DNA of 64,000 bases. It comes from Malacoraja senta (taxonomy: Eukaryota). Both the position numbers and the translations under genes were made by a program. Below, one piece after another: positions 36,276 to 48,900 of this stretch. Below the pieces are notes generated by a model. The model was not told where the DNA came from. It did no database searches and saw only the letters and a list, made by a program, of their open reading frames with translations. The DNA lies in the NCBI GenBank assembly GCA_038087875.1, contig CM075988.1:21888001-21952000 (forward strand), written 5' to 3'. Position 1 is the first letter of the stretch; every line of letters starts with the position of its first letter.

Positions 36276-39200
36276 CATAGATACATAGAAAATAGGTGCA
36301 GGAGTAGCCCATTCGGCTCTTCGAGCCTGAAACCGCCATTCAATATGATCATGGCTGATCATCCAACTCAGTATCCCGTACCTGCCTTCTCTCCATACCC
36401 CCTGATCCCTTTAGCCACAAGGGCCACATCTAACTCCCTCTTAAATATAGCCAATGAACTGGCCTCAACTACCCTCTGTGGCAGAGAGTTCCAGAGATTC
36501 ACCACTCTCTGTGTGAAAAAGTTTTTCCTCATCTCGGTCTTAAAGGATTTCCCCCTTATCCTTAAGCTGTGACCCCTTGTCCTGGACTTCCCCAACATTG
36601 GGAACAATCTTCCTGCATCTAGCCTGTCCAACCCCATAAGAATTTTGTGCGTTTCTATAAGATCCCCTCTCAATCTCCTAAATTCTAGCGAGTATAAGCC
36701 AAGTCTATCCAGTCTTTCTTCATATGAAAGTCCTGACATCCCAGGAATCAGTCTGGTGAACCTTATCTGCACTCCCTCTATGGCTATAATGTCCTTCCTC
36801 AGATTTGGAGACCAAAACTGTACGCAATACTCCAGGTGTGGTCTCACCAAGACCCTGTACAACTGCAGTAGAACCTCCCTGCTCCTATACTCAAATCCTT
36901 TTGCTATGAAAGCTAACATACCATTCGCTTTCTTCACTGCCTGCTGCACCTGCATGCCTACTTTCAATGACTGGTGTACCATGACACCCAGGTCTCGCTG
37001 CATCTCCCCTTTTCCTAATCGACCACCATTTAGATAATAGTCTGCTTTCCTGTTTTTGCCACCAAAGTGGATAACCTCACATTTATCCACATTATACTGC
37101 ATCTGCCAAACATTTGCCCACTCACCCAGCCTATCCAAGTCACCTTGCAGTCTCCTAGCATCCTCCTCACAGCTAACACTGCCCCCCAGCTTAGTGTCAT
37201 CCGCAAACTTGGAGATGTTGCCTTCAATTCCCTCATCCAGCTCATTAATATAAATTGTAAATAGCTGGGGTCCAAGCACTGAGCCTTGCGGTACCCCATT
37301 AGTCACTGCCTGCCATTGTGAAACGGACCCGTTTACTCCTACTCTTTGCTTCCTGTTTGCCAGCCAGTTCTCTATCCACATCAATACTGAACCCCCAATG
37401 CCGTGTGCTTTAAGTTTGTATACTAATCTCTTATGTGGGACCTTGTCGAAAGCCTTCTGAAAGTCCAGATACAACACATCCACTGGTTCTCCCTATCCAC
37501 TCTACTAGTTACATCCTCGAAAAATTCTATAAGATTCGTCAGACATGATTTACCTTTCGTAAATCCATGCTGACTTTGTCCAATGATTTCACCACTTTTC
37601 AAATGTGCTGCTATCCCATCTTTAATAACTGACTCTAGCAGTTTCCCCACTACCGATGTTAGACTAACTGGTCTGTAATTCCCTGTTTTCTCTCTCCCTC
37701 CCTTCTTAAAAAGTGGGGTTACGTTTGCTACCCTCCAATCTTCAGGAACTACTCCAGAATCTAACGAGTTTTGAAAAATTATCACTAATGCATCCACTAT
37801 TTCTGGAGCTACTTCCTTAAGTACTCTGGGATGCAGCCTATCTGGCCCTGGTGATTTATCGGCCTTTAATCCATTCAATTTACCCAACACCACTTCCCGA
37901 CTAACCTGGATTTCACTCAGTTCCTCCATCTCCTTTGACCCGCGGCCCCCTGCTATTTCCGGCAGATTATTTATGTCTTCCTTAGTGAAGACGGAACCAA
38001 AGTAGTTATTCAATTGGTCCGCCATATCCTTGTTCCCCATGATCAATTCACCTGTTTCTGACTGCAAGGGACCTACATTTGTTTTAACTAATCTCTTTCT
38101 CTTCACATATCTATAAAAACTTTTGCAGTCAGTTTTTATGTTCCCTGCCAGTTTCCTTTCATAATCTATTTTCCCTTTCCTAATTAAGCCCTTTGTCCTC
38201 CTCTGCTGGTCTCTGAATTTCTCCCAGTCCTCTGGTATGCTGCTTTTTCTGGCTAATTTGTACGCATCATCTTTTGCTTTGATACTATCCCTGATTTCCC
38301 TTGTTATCCACGGATGCACTACCTTCCCTGATTTATTCTTTTGCCAAACTGGGATGAACAATTTTTGTAGTTCATCCATGCAGTCTTTAAATGCCTTCCA
38401 TTGCATATCCACCGTCAACCCTTTTAGAACTAATTGCCAGTCAATCTTGGCCAATTCACGTCTCATACCCTCAAAGTTACCTTTCTTTAAGTTCAGAACC
38501 GTTGTTTCTGAATTAACAATGTCACTCTCCATCCTCATGAAGAACTCAACCATATTATGGTCACTCTTGCCCAAGGGGGAACGCACAACATGACTGCTAA
38601 CTAACCCTTCCTCATTACTCAATACCCAGTCTAGAATAGCCTGCTCTCTCGTTGGCTCCTCTACATGTTGGTTTAGATAACTATCCCGCATACATTCCAA
38701 GAAATCCTCTTCCTCAGCACCCCTGCCAATTTGATTCACCCAATCTACATGTAGATTGAAGTCACCCATTATAACTGTTTTGCCTTTGTTGCACGCATTT
38801 CTAATTTCCTGTTTGATGCCATCCCCAACTTCACTACTACTGCTAGGTGGCCTGTACACAACACCCACCAGTGTTTTCTGCCCCTTAGTGTTTCGCAGCT
38901 CTACCCATACCGATTCCACATCCTCCAAGCTAATGTCCTTCCTTTCCACTGCATTAATCTCCTCTCTAACCAGCAACGCTACCCCACCTCCTTTTCCTTT
39001 CTCTCTATCCCTCCTGAATATTGAATATCCCTGGATGTTCAGCTCCCAGCCTTGGTCACCCTGGAGCCATGTCTCCGTGATCCCAACTATATCATAATCA
39101 TTAATAGCTATCTGCACGTTCAACTCATCCACCTTATTACGAATGCTCCTTGCATTGAGACAAAGCCTTCAGGCTTGTTTTTACAACGCTCTTACCCCTT

Positions 39201-39562
39201 ATACAATTATGTTGAAAAGTGGCCCTTTTTGATTTTTGCCCTGGATTTGTCTGCCTGCCACTTTTACTTTTCACCTTGCTACCTATTGCTTCCGCCCGCA
39301 TTTCACACCCCTCTGTTTCTCTGCTCACCCATTTAAGAACCCCACCACCTCTTATTCTCTGTTTATTATTGTTTTCTTCTTTCCCCCCTACATGTTGGGT
39401 CTGAGTGCTTTCCTTCTCTGCGTCCTGCCTCGCACACTGTCTAATAGCTTTCTCAATTTGAGTCCCTTCCCCCAACCATTCTAGTTTAAAGTCTCCCCAG
39501 TAGCCTTTGCAGATCTCCCCGCCAGGATATCGGTCCCCTGGAGAGGAGACCGATATCCTGGC
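36276..39562 (-). mobile_element. Young CR1/HER1 LINE: end of ORF1 and nearly complete ORF2 (APE endonuclease and RT), with a frameshift near 37490
   Basis: ITETW, VYRPP, MGDFN and SDH (APE) in the 569-aa ORF; the RT is in the 371-aa ORF. ORF1 C-terminus GTDILAGR..LN* at 39480-39540. (tatgtatc) tail and TSD attt. Empty site in unit B at about 45205-45225. Confidence 0.93.
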
Positions 39563-40261
39563 AATTTGTTGCAGACTGCACCAACAAAATTTTCCACGTT
39601 TTGAGAACAGTTTTCACATTCCCGCACCTGAGGAACGGGGGACAGGATTTAGATTTCTGAATTGTTATTACTCTATTATTGTTATTATTGCACTATTATT
39701 AGTGTTTGTTTTTTATGTGTACGCATGTGTGCACGTGTGTGTATAAATATATATGAACTGTATATATGTGTATATGTGAGTATATACACCCACATTGAAC
39801 TTTTTTCTCTCAATGATATTGTTTACAGTGTACTATGTTTACATATTCTGTTGCTGCTGCAAGTAAGAGTTTCATTGTTCTATCTGGGACATATGACAAT
39901 AAAACACTCTTGACTCTCACATTTCCAATGACTCCAAGTGTTTAAGAAAGAACTGCAGATGCTGGAAAATCGAAGGTAGACAAAAATGCTGGAGAAACTC
40001 AGCGGGTGCAGCAGCATCTATGGAGAGAAGGAAATATGCAACGTTTTGGGCCGAACACCTTCTTCAGACTACCGAAGGGTTTCGGCCCGAAACGTTGCCT
40101 ATTTCCTTCGCTCCATAGATGCTGCTGCACCCGCTGGGTTTCTCCAGCACTTCTGTTGTGCTGCAGCAAGTAAGACTTTCATTGTCCTATCTGGGACACA
40201 TGACAATAAAACACTCTTGACTCTCACATTTCCAATGAGTCCAAACTGGAAAATCCACTGA

Positions 40262-40469
40262 CTTTTACTGACGTCAGCTCATGGTTACCTGGGTCTCAAG
40301 GGGATTGACCAGAAAACAGGGGGTTGGGAAAAAAGCAGCAGAAACAAACAGGTGTCATATTCAAATGTCCACAAATTATTCTTGGGAGTGGTACCTGGAA
40401 TCCCTTTAAATTGCTCAGGACTCTCAGAACTAAAGCTACTTGCTACCTGAGAGCTCCCAGTGCAGAGAA
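40262..40469 (+). promoter_or_regulatory. Putative core promoter/5' UTR of exon 1A
   Basis: Paralogue of the 1B promoter. TTTAAA at 40405-40410, perfect CRE TGACGTCA at 40269-40276, and an approximately 20-nt deletion in the leader relative to 1B. Confidence 0.35.
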
Positions 40470-40629
40470 ATGGCTTCAATTCTACCTGCACTCCTCCTGG
40501 GCTTATTTCTTCAATATGCCCCAACCTATTCCCAGATGCAGCCCTGCGAGATAGCTAATGCAACGATGGGAGGTGACTTCAATTTGACCATCTATCCAAT
40601 GTACTACAAGACATACACACATTACAATG
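40470..40629 (+). CDS. plet1: Duplicated alternative coding exon 1 (distal copy 1A) of the PLET1-like gene
   Basis: Reads MASILPALLLGLFLQYAPTYSQMQPCEIANATMGGDFNLTIYPMYYKTYTHYN. Same 160-nt length as 1B, no stop or indel, intact G|GTAAGT donor, 13 nt differences from 1B. Confidence 0.65.
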
Positions 40630-41954
40630 GTAAGTCAATGTTTAATCTCTTTGCTTTAAAATGATTTTAGTCAGCAGGGTTTCCATTTAAGATCGTGAAA
40701 TGTTGTTGGGAGTGTTTTGGATTCTCCCCATATCCCCTGACTCCGCTATTTTTAAGAGCCCTGTTTTTAAGAGCCCAGACACAAAATGCTGGAGTAACTC
40801 AGCGGGCCAGGCAGCACCTCTGCAGAGAAGGAATGGGAGACTGAAGAAGGGTCTCGACCCGAAACGTCACCCATTCCAGTGCGGCCACGATGTGACCAGG
40901 GACTGGTGAGGTTCCAGTTTCAATCGGTCACTCATCAGAGGTCAGCTTCAGAGTGCGATAACCATGGGCGGAGTAGGGAACTGGTCTAACAATGGAGAGA
41001 TCGACAGTATGGTCCAACAGAGTCAACAATTGTAAACGGTGTGAAGTCATGCAGGAGTAAGCTGTAGGTTATGCAAAAACACAAAGTACTTTAGCACAGG
41101 GGACGAGTCCAAAACACAATGCTTTCAGAGTGTGGACTTTGCTATGTAAAGGAATGATTCCAGTTTCAATATTTATTTCGCTATTTTAGTATTACAATAG
41201 ACAATAGATAATAGGTGCAGGAGTAGGCCATTCGGCCCTTCGAGCCAGCTGATCCTTCATGGCTGATCATCCCCAATCAGTACCCCGTTCCTGCCTTCTC
41301 CCCATATCCCCTGACTCCGCTATTTTTAAGAGCCCTATCTAGCTCTCTCTTGAAAGCATCCAGAGAACCTGCCTCCACTGCCTTCTGAGGCAGAGAATTA
41401 CTTCCGGATTTTCTTCGTCAGCTAGTTTCCACCCACAGCTAATCCCCCGATTTATGACAGAGATTGGTCGCGGGAACATGTTTTGTTCAGCGCTAATTCA
41501 TGAGACAAATATCCATCACCAAGTCATTGCGGTATTAAAAGGTAGTAAGCAAGTTAGTAAGCAATCCCCACACACCACCACTATCGTACACACTTGGGAC
41601 AATTTACAATACATGCTTACAATCGATTCATTTACAGTGCAGAAATTTAAATGTGTGCAGCGAATGTAACATGTGATGCTAGATATGCTTCTGTGGATAG
41701 CATGCAAATAGTCGCCTGGGTTGGAAGTCCAGTAATCTGAGTCCATGTGAAAACAATGACTTTGAATAAAGAAGGTTCTGGCAAAGGATTCGATCCAAAT
41801 TGAAAGGCAGAACTACTAAAGCTCTGAATTATTACCTGAGCTAGGTACAAATTTCTATACAGTAAATAAGATCCGAGAGTTAATTGTGCGGTATGATGAT
41901 CGGTGAGGAAGGGAAAGGTTTCATTTTGTGAGCTGCACAGGATTAGGAGGCAGA

Positions 41955-42375
41955 TACATAGATACATAGAAAATAGGTGCAGGAGTAGGCCATTCGGCCC
42001 TTCGAGCCTGCACCGCCATTCAATATGATCATGGCTGATCATCCAACTCAGTATCCCGTACCTGCCTTCTCTCCATACCCCCTGATCCCCTTAGCCACAA
42101 GGGCCGCATCTAACTCCCTCTTAAATATAGCCAATGAACTGGCCTCAACTACCCTCTGTGGCAGAGAGTTCCAGAGATTCACCACTCTCTGTGTGAAAAA
42201 GTTTTTCCTCATCTCGGTCTTAAAGGATTTCCCCCTTATCCTTAAGCTGTGACCCCTTGTCCTGGACTTCCCCAACATCGGGAACAATCTTCCTGCATCT
42301 AGCCTGTCCAACCCCATAAGAATTTTGTACGTTTCTATGAGATCCCCTCTCAATCTCGTAAATTCTAGCAAGTAT
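41955..42375 (-). mobile_element. CR1 3' fragment of the same young subfamily as 36276-39562
   Basis: Near-identical to 36276-36695. Confidence 0.88.
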
Positions 42376-45300
42376 TTAGCCATGATTGAATGACAGAGTA
42401 GACTCGATGGGCCGAATGGCCTACTCCTGTAACTTGTGAACCTGTGGGTGATGGTAACCAAAGTCCACCAGGAAAGGACAGAACACGCAAACACAGAGAT
42501 GAACAATTTTGCCCCAAAATATCAAGAGAGTTAAGAGTGTTTTACTGTCAAATATCCCAGATAGAACAAAAGAATATGTAAACATAGTACACTGTAAACA
42601 ATATAATAAACAAGAAAAAAAAGTTCAGTGTGTGTATGTATCAACATAAATATATTTACATATATACAACTTCATCTGCCCATTTCCCTCCACAGATTTT
42701 CGTTTAGCTTAGTTTAGGCTAACGTAATCAAGGGGATATGGGGAGAAGGCAGGAACGGGGTACTGATTGTGGATGATCAGCCATGATCACATTGAATGGC
42801 GGTGCTGGCTTGAAGGGCCGAATGGCCTACTCCTGCACCTATTGGACCAAGGCTGGAGGTGAAAACTGAGACAAATGAGTGACCAAGTGTTGGCTAGAGT
42901 AACCTTTGTGAAACGAAGATAATGCCAAAGCATTCTATACTCAGAAACATGGGTGTAAATAGACGTGGCTTGTAAAGTCTACGTGTGCATGTGAAAAGCC
43001 AGGATAATCAGTAGAAAGAATTGAATTAAATGAGAGGTTTCACACTGAAGGGTTTGCCACGCTGCTTGGGTGGCATTTGGATTCGAGAGAACCAACCCAT
43101 CACCAACTAGAGAGCGGTCCGGACCCATCAAGTACCTCATTGGAGACCCTCAAATTATCTTTCACTGGACTTTATCTTGCACTAAGTGTCATTCCCTTGA
43201 TCCTGCATCTGTACACTGTGGACAGCTTGATTGTAATTCGTGTACAGTCTTTCCGCTGACTGGATAGCACGCAATTAAAACGTTTTTCACTGTACCTCGG
43301 TACAGGTGACAATAATAAACAAAACTAAAATCTGAAGAAGGGTCTCGACCCGAAACGTCATCCAATCCTTCTCGCCAGAGATGCTGCCTGACCCGCTGAG
43401 TTACTCCAGCATTGTCCTAGCGCCGGGGAGTTCTTGCGGAGACGGGGTGTCCGTGACCTGCAGTGAAGCCACGATAGCGAGTTCCTCTCTCCCCATCTCT
43501 TCCCATCCCTCTTCCCATCCCTCTTCCCACTCCTCTCCCTCTATCTCCTCCCCCACACTCCCTCCTCACTTCCCCCATTCCCGGTCGGTTATCCTTGGTT
43601 CTGAAAACTATTGCTTACTTTTTCTTTACCCAATGAGCCATTGTAAATCACAGGTCAGCACCGGCTACAACCTACGAGAACCTTTGATCTCCTGGCAACT
43701 CACTAGGACCTCCTGGCGACCCACCTACGGCACGAGAATTCTCGCTACTCTCCATGGCGGCTTCATTCTAGTCGTCGCTAATTTTTCAACACATTGAAAA
43801 ATTCACGGCGACCATAATGAGTCCGGGACTAGTTCCCAGAATGCAGGAACCCCTCACGACCATGAAGGCGACTTCCCGGCAACCACCGGCGAACATGTGG
43901 TGACTGCATAGTCTCCTGCAGTCGCCTAAAAAGTCACCTAAAAAGTCGCCTAAGTGGGACAGGCCCATTAGGGCAAAGGGAATCAAGGGATATGGGGAAA
44001 AAGCTGGAACGAGGTACTGATTGTGGATGATCAGCCATGATCATGTTGAATGGTGGTTCTGGCTCGAAGGGCCGAATGGCCTACTCCTCCACCTATATTC
44101 TATGTTTCTATGAACTCGATGGGTCAGGCAGTGTTTGTGGAGGGAAAGTTACAGAAAATAGCTTGTTCAAAATACTCACCACCCTCTGTGTGAAAGAGTT
44201 GCCCCTCAGGTTCCTATTAAATCTTTCCCCCTCACCTAAAACCTATGCCCTTGAGTTCTTGATTCCCAGCCTTTGGAAAAGTCTGTGCATTCATCGTACC
44301 AATGCCATTCGTGATTTTACACCTCTTTAAGATCACAAGAAATTACAGATGCTGGGTCCTGAGCAAAGAACAAAATGCTGGAGGAACTCAGCGGGTCAGG
44401 CAGAATCAATGGAGGATAATGGACAGACTGGACTTCAAACGGAAGAGTCCTCAAATGAGATCTGTAAATTTCTCTCCACAAATACTGTCTGACCAGTTGA
44501 GTTCCTCCAACATTTTGTTTTTTTGCTCTGTAAAATCACCTCTCAGTGTCCCACCCTCCAAGGAATAAAGTCCCAGCCTGCCCAACCTCCCCATATTCAG
44601 GGACAGTTTCTTCCCAGCTGTTATCAGGCAGCTGAACCAACTAGCAAACAGTCCTGAGCTACTATCTACCTCATTGGTGACCCTTGGACTATCTGAAGAA
44701 GGGTCTCGACCCGAAACGTCGCCAATTCCTTCTCTCCATAGATGCTGCCTCACCCGCTAAGTTCCTCCAGCATCTTTGTCTACCTTGGATCATCTTTGAT
44801 CGGACTTCACTGGCTTTACCTTGCGCTAAACGTTATTCCCTTATCGTGTATCCACACACTGTAAATGGCTCGATTGTAATCATGTATTGTCTTTCCGCTG
44901 TCTCGTTACTACTGTACCTTGGTACGCATGACAATAAACTGAACTATAGCTCAGCTCCTTGTCCAGGCAATATCCTCGTAAATCTCTGCATTCTTTCAGG
45001 CATTTTTTCAATAAAAGTTTCTTGGTCATGGGGAGCAGCCTGGAAAGATCGGAGCCGTCCCCAGTCTATGTCGGACCGACTATCAAATGGAACTTTACTG
45101 CAAGTTTCAAGGGAGTTTGTTCAATTTTCATTCCGCCAGGAACCACCAGAGTTTGCCACTAGGTTTCTCAATCAGTAATGAGAGCAGAGATCTGTTGCCT
45201 CTCCTCCCTCAGGATTTGTTGCAGACTGTACCAACAACATTTTCCACGTTTTGAGAACACATTCCAGCACCTGAGAAACGGGGGACAGGATTTAGATTTC

Positions 45301-45599
45301 TGAATTATTATTACTCTATTATTGTTATTATTGCACTATTATAGTGTGTTTATCATATGTGTGCATGTGTGCACGCGTGTGTATAAATATATATGGACTG
45401 TATATATGTGTATATGTGAGTATATACACCCACACTGATCTTTTTAATCTCCTTAATTATATTGTTTACAGTGTGCTATGTTTACATATTCTGTTGTGCT
45501 GCAGCAAGTAAGACTTTCATTGTCCTATCTGGGACATATGACATTAAAACACTCTTGACTCTCACATTTCCAATGAGTCCAAACTGGACAATCCACTGA

Positions 45600-45828
45600 C
45601 TTTTACTGACTTCAGCTCATGGTCACCTGGGTGAAAGGGGAATTGACCAGGAAACAAAGGGGGAGGGGGAAAAGCAGCAGAAACAAGCAGGTGTCATATT
45701 CAAATGTCCACAAATTATTCTTGGGGGTGGTACCTGCAATCCCTTTAAATTGCACAGGACTCTCAGAACTAAAGCTACTAGCAATAGGTCGTGTTTTCTT
45801 GCTACCTGAGAGCTCCCAGCGCAGAGAA
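45600..45828 (+). promoter_or_regulatory. Putative core promoter/5' UTR of exon 1B
   Basis: TATA-like TTTAAA at 45744-45749, 85 nt before the ATG, with CAGGTG/CACCTG E-boxes in non-repeat sequence. Confidence 0.4.
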
Positions 45829-45988
45829 ATGGCTTCAGTTCTACCTGCGCTCCTCCTGGTCTTATTTCTTCAATATGCACCAACCTATTCCCAGTGGCAT
45901 CCCTGCGAGATAGCTAATGCAACGATGGGAGGTGACTTCAATTTGACCATCAATCCAATGTATTACAAGACAAACACAAACTACACTG
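45829..45988 (+). CDS. plet1: PLET1-like GPI-anchored glycoprotein, coding exon 1 (proximal copy 1B: signal peptide and first Cys)
   Basis: ATG at 45829 reads MASVLPALLLVLFLQYAPTYSQWHPCEIANATMGGDFNLTINPMYYKTNTNYT, with a hydrophobic signal peptide. It ends G|GTAAGT (phase 1), compatible with exon 2. The PLET1 label comes from overall architecture and motif memory, not a search. Confidence 0.8.
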
Positions 45989-48900
45989 GTAAGTCGATGT
46001 TTAATCTCATCACGGGCGCAACCTGGGGTGGATGTTAATTTGTGTTAATTTGTGTTTATTGTGTGTTTTGTTATTTATTATATGTATGCAGGCAACGAAA
46101 TTCCGTTCAGACCGAAAGGTCTGAATGACAATAAAGGAATCTAAGTCTAAGTAAACCTGTTCTTTATACAGCCTTTCGCTTTAAGTTTACAGAATTGCTT
46201 TAAAATTATTTTAGTCAGCAGAGTTTCCATTTAAGATCGTGAAATGTTGTTGGGAGTGTTTTGGGGTTTGGTTGCAAACCCACGTTGTTTTTGCATGAAG
46301 CTTTATTGATGTTTGGAAACTGAGGCGCAACAGGTTTGTACATTTGTGGATGGATATATGGAGATCCCTCTCGGTTCTCTCTCCCCTGACTCTCACTCTG
46401 AAGAAGGGTCACCTCTTCCTTTTCTCCAGAGTTGCTGCCTGGCCCGCTGGGTTACTCCAGCTCTTAGTGTCTACCTTCTTGAGGTGGATACATCTCTGCG
46501 ATTGTTACGTTAAACAGGGAATCTTGCCGATATTTCAAAAGTTGTGAGAATCGGATTTCAAACGATGCTTGGTCCCTGACTTCTTAGCCAGATACCAAGG
46601 GCGTACCTATCCTGGAGTATAATTACACCAGCTAATTGGCCCACCCTTGCTTTGTACAGAGAGAGAACACACGAGGCTGTGGATATTTCATAGATATTCA
46701 AATGTGCTGCAGTTTTGGTCACCTTTCCCTTTGTTCCTTCGGATCTGTGCATTTAACAGCACAGGAGTTGGGAGCAGTTCAGTCTCCAGTAGAGGGAGGG
46801 GGCTTTGCTGATAAACATATTTGTACATGAAAGGCCACAAAGTGCTGGAGTAACTCAGCCGGTCAGGCAGCATCTCTGGAGAAAATGCTTAGGCGACAGA
46901 GCCCTTCTTCAGACCCGAAACATCGCCTATCCTTGTTCTCCAGAGATGCTGCCTGACCTGCTGAGTTACTCCAGCACTTTGTATCTTTTTTATTTTTGCA
47001 AACCTGGCAGTTCCTTGAATTCTTCCAGAGGTAGAAATGTCGCAAACTAACGACCAGTGTTTTGGCAATGATTTTGTGATAAATGTAGAAGCAAGAAAAG
47101 TCTAAAGGGCTGTGGGTTTTGTGTGACATTCCCACATCTCAGGGACCTGGTTCGATCCTGACCAGGCAGGGTGTGTCCATGTGGAATTTGAATAATTCCC
47201 CTGTGACTGCTCAGGTTTCACCCAGGTGGTTTATTCCCACGTCCCGGTGGCCTTGCAGGTTAATTGTCCACTGTGAAACACCCCTTAATGGCGGAAAGAT
47301 TCGAAGGGAAGGAGGATAAACAAGTGGCAGAGATGCAGAAAGGAAAGGAGGCGGGGTCTCGGACTGATAGTATTGCTCTTCCGTGATCGATATGAACCAG
47401 ATGGGCCGAATGGCCTCGTTCCACGTCATTATAAACAGATGATAAAAGTGAATCCATTCAATCCTGTGCCCAGCGAACAGTGACCACGTCACATTCAGAC
47501 AGAGAGCGCAGCAAACTATCTCAGCAATGTTTTAGCTCCTTCCCCAAACTCCAAACCGACTTCTAGGAAAGGAGTGAGAGAACAATTTTGGTCACCTCCT
47601 TTTCTTCCTTCTGATCTGTGCATTTAACAGCACATGAATTGGAAGCAGTTCAGTCCCTAGTTGAGGGAGGGGGCTTTGCTGATAAAGATATCTGTACATG
47701 AAAGGACACAGAGTGCTGGAGTAACTCAGCGGGTCAGGCAGCATCTCTGGAAAATATGGATAAGTGACATTCTTCAGACCCGAAAACGTCACCTATCCAT
47801 GTTCTCCAGAGATGCTGCCTGACGTGCTGAGTTACTCCAGCACTTTGTGTCTTTCTTTTGCAAACTAGCACCTGGCAGTTCCTTGTGTGTACATAAATGG
47901 GAGCTCCCTAGATCGGACAGATTGGACTTTGCCGGCTTTATCTTACACTAAACGTTATTCCCTTATCATGTACTGATAAGGGAGTAATGTACACTCTGTA
48001 AATGGCTCGATTGTAATCATGTATTGTCTTTCTATACAGTAAATAAGATCCGAGAGTTAATTGTGGGGTATGATGATCGGTGAGGAAGGGAAAGGTTTCA
48101 TTTTGTGAGCTGTACCGGAGAAGGTGGAGCTGTTCTCATGGGATGTCTAGACTTGAATCAGGCTGGGATGAGTGGCCAGGTGAAGCAACTGAACAGGACT
48201 ACAAAGATATACGTCAAAAGGCATATAGTTGTAGCTTCTAATGGGGGGGGGGGGGGGATTAGAAAGGTTAAAAGTAAGGACACGTTAAGAAGAGTAGTGA
48301 AATGAGCAGTTTGTTTTGTGCTTACAGAAATAGATAGAGTGGATGTGGAAAGGATGTTTCCACTGGTGGGAGAGTCTAGGACCAGAGGTCACAGACTCAG
48401 AATTAAAGGGCGCTCTTTTAGAAAGAAAGTGAGGAGGAACTTCTTTAGTCAGACGGTAGTTAGTCTGTGGAACTCATTGCCACAGAGGGCTGTGGAGGCC
48501 AAGTCAGTGGATATTTTTAAGGCAGAGGTAGACAAATTCTTGATTAGAACGGATGTCAAGGGTTATGGGGAGAAGGCAGGAAAACAGGATTAGGAGGCTA
48601 AAGATCAGCCATGATTGAATGGTGGAGCAGACTCGATGGGCCGAATGGCCTAATTCTACTCCTGTAACTTGTGAACCTGTGGGTGATGGTAACCAAAGTC
48701 CACCAGGAAAGGACAGAACACGCAAACACAGAGATGAACAATTTTGCCCCAAAATATCAAGAGAGTTAAGTGTTTTATTGTCAAATATCCCAGATAGAAC
48801 AAAAGAATATGTAAACATAGTACACTGTAAACAATATAATAAACAAGAAAAACAAGTTCAGTGTGTGTATGTATCAACATAAATATATGTACATATATAC

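Noticed and set aside
40630..45600. A second complete PLET1-like paralogue downstream of exon 1A
   Set aside because: I found no copy of exons 2-4 in this interval, and the duplication ends before exon 2.
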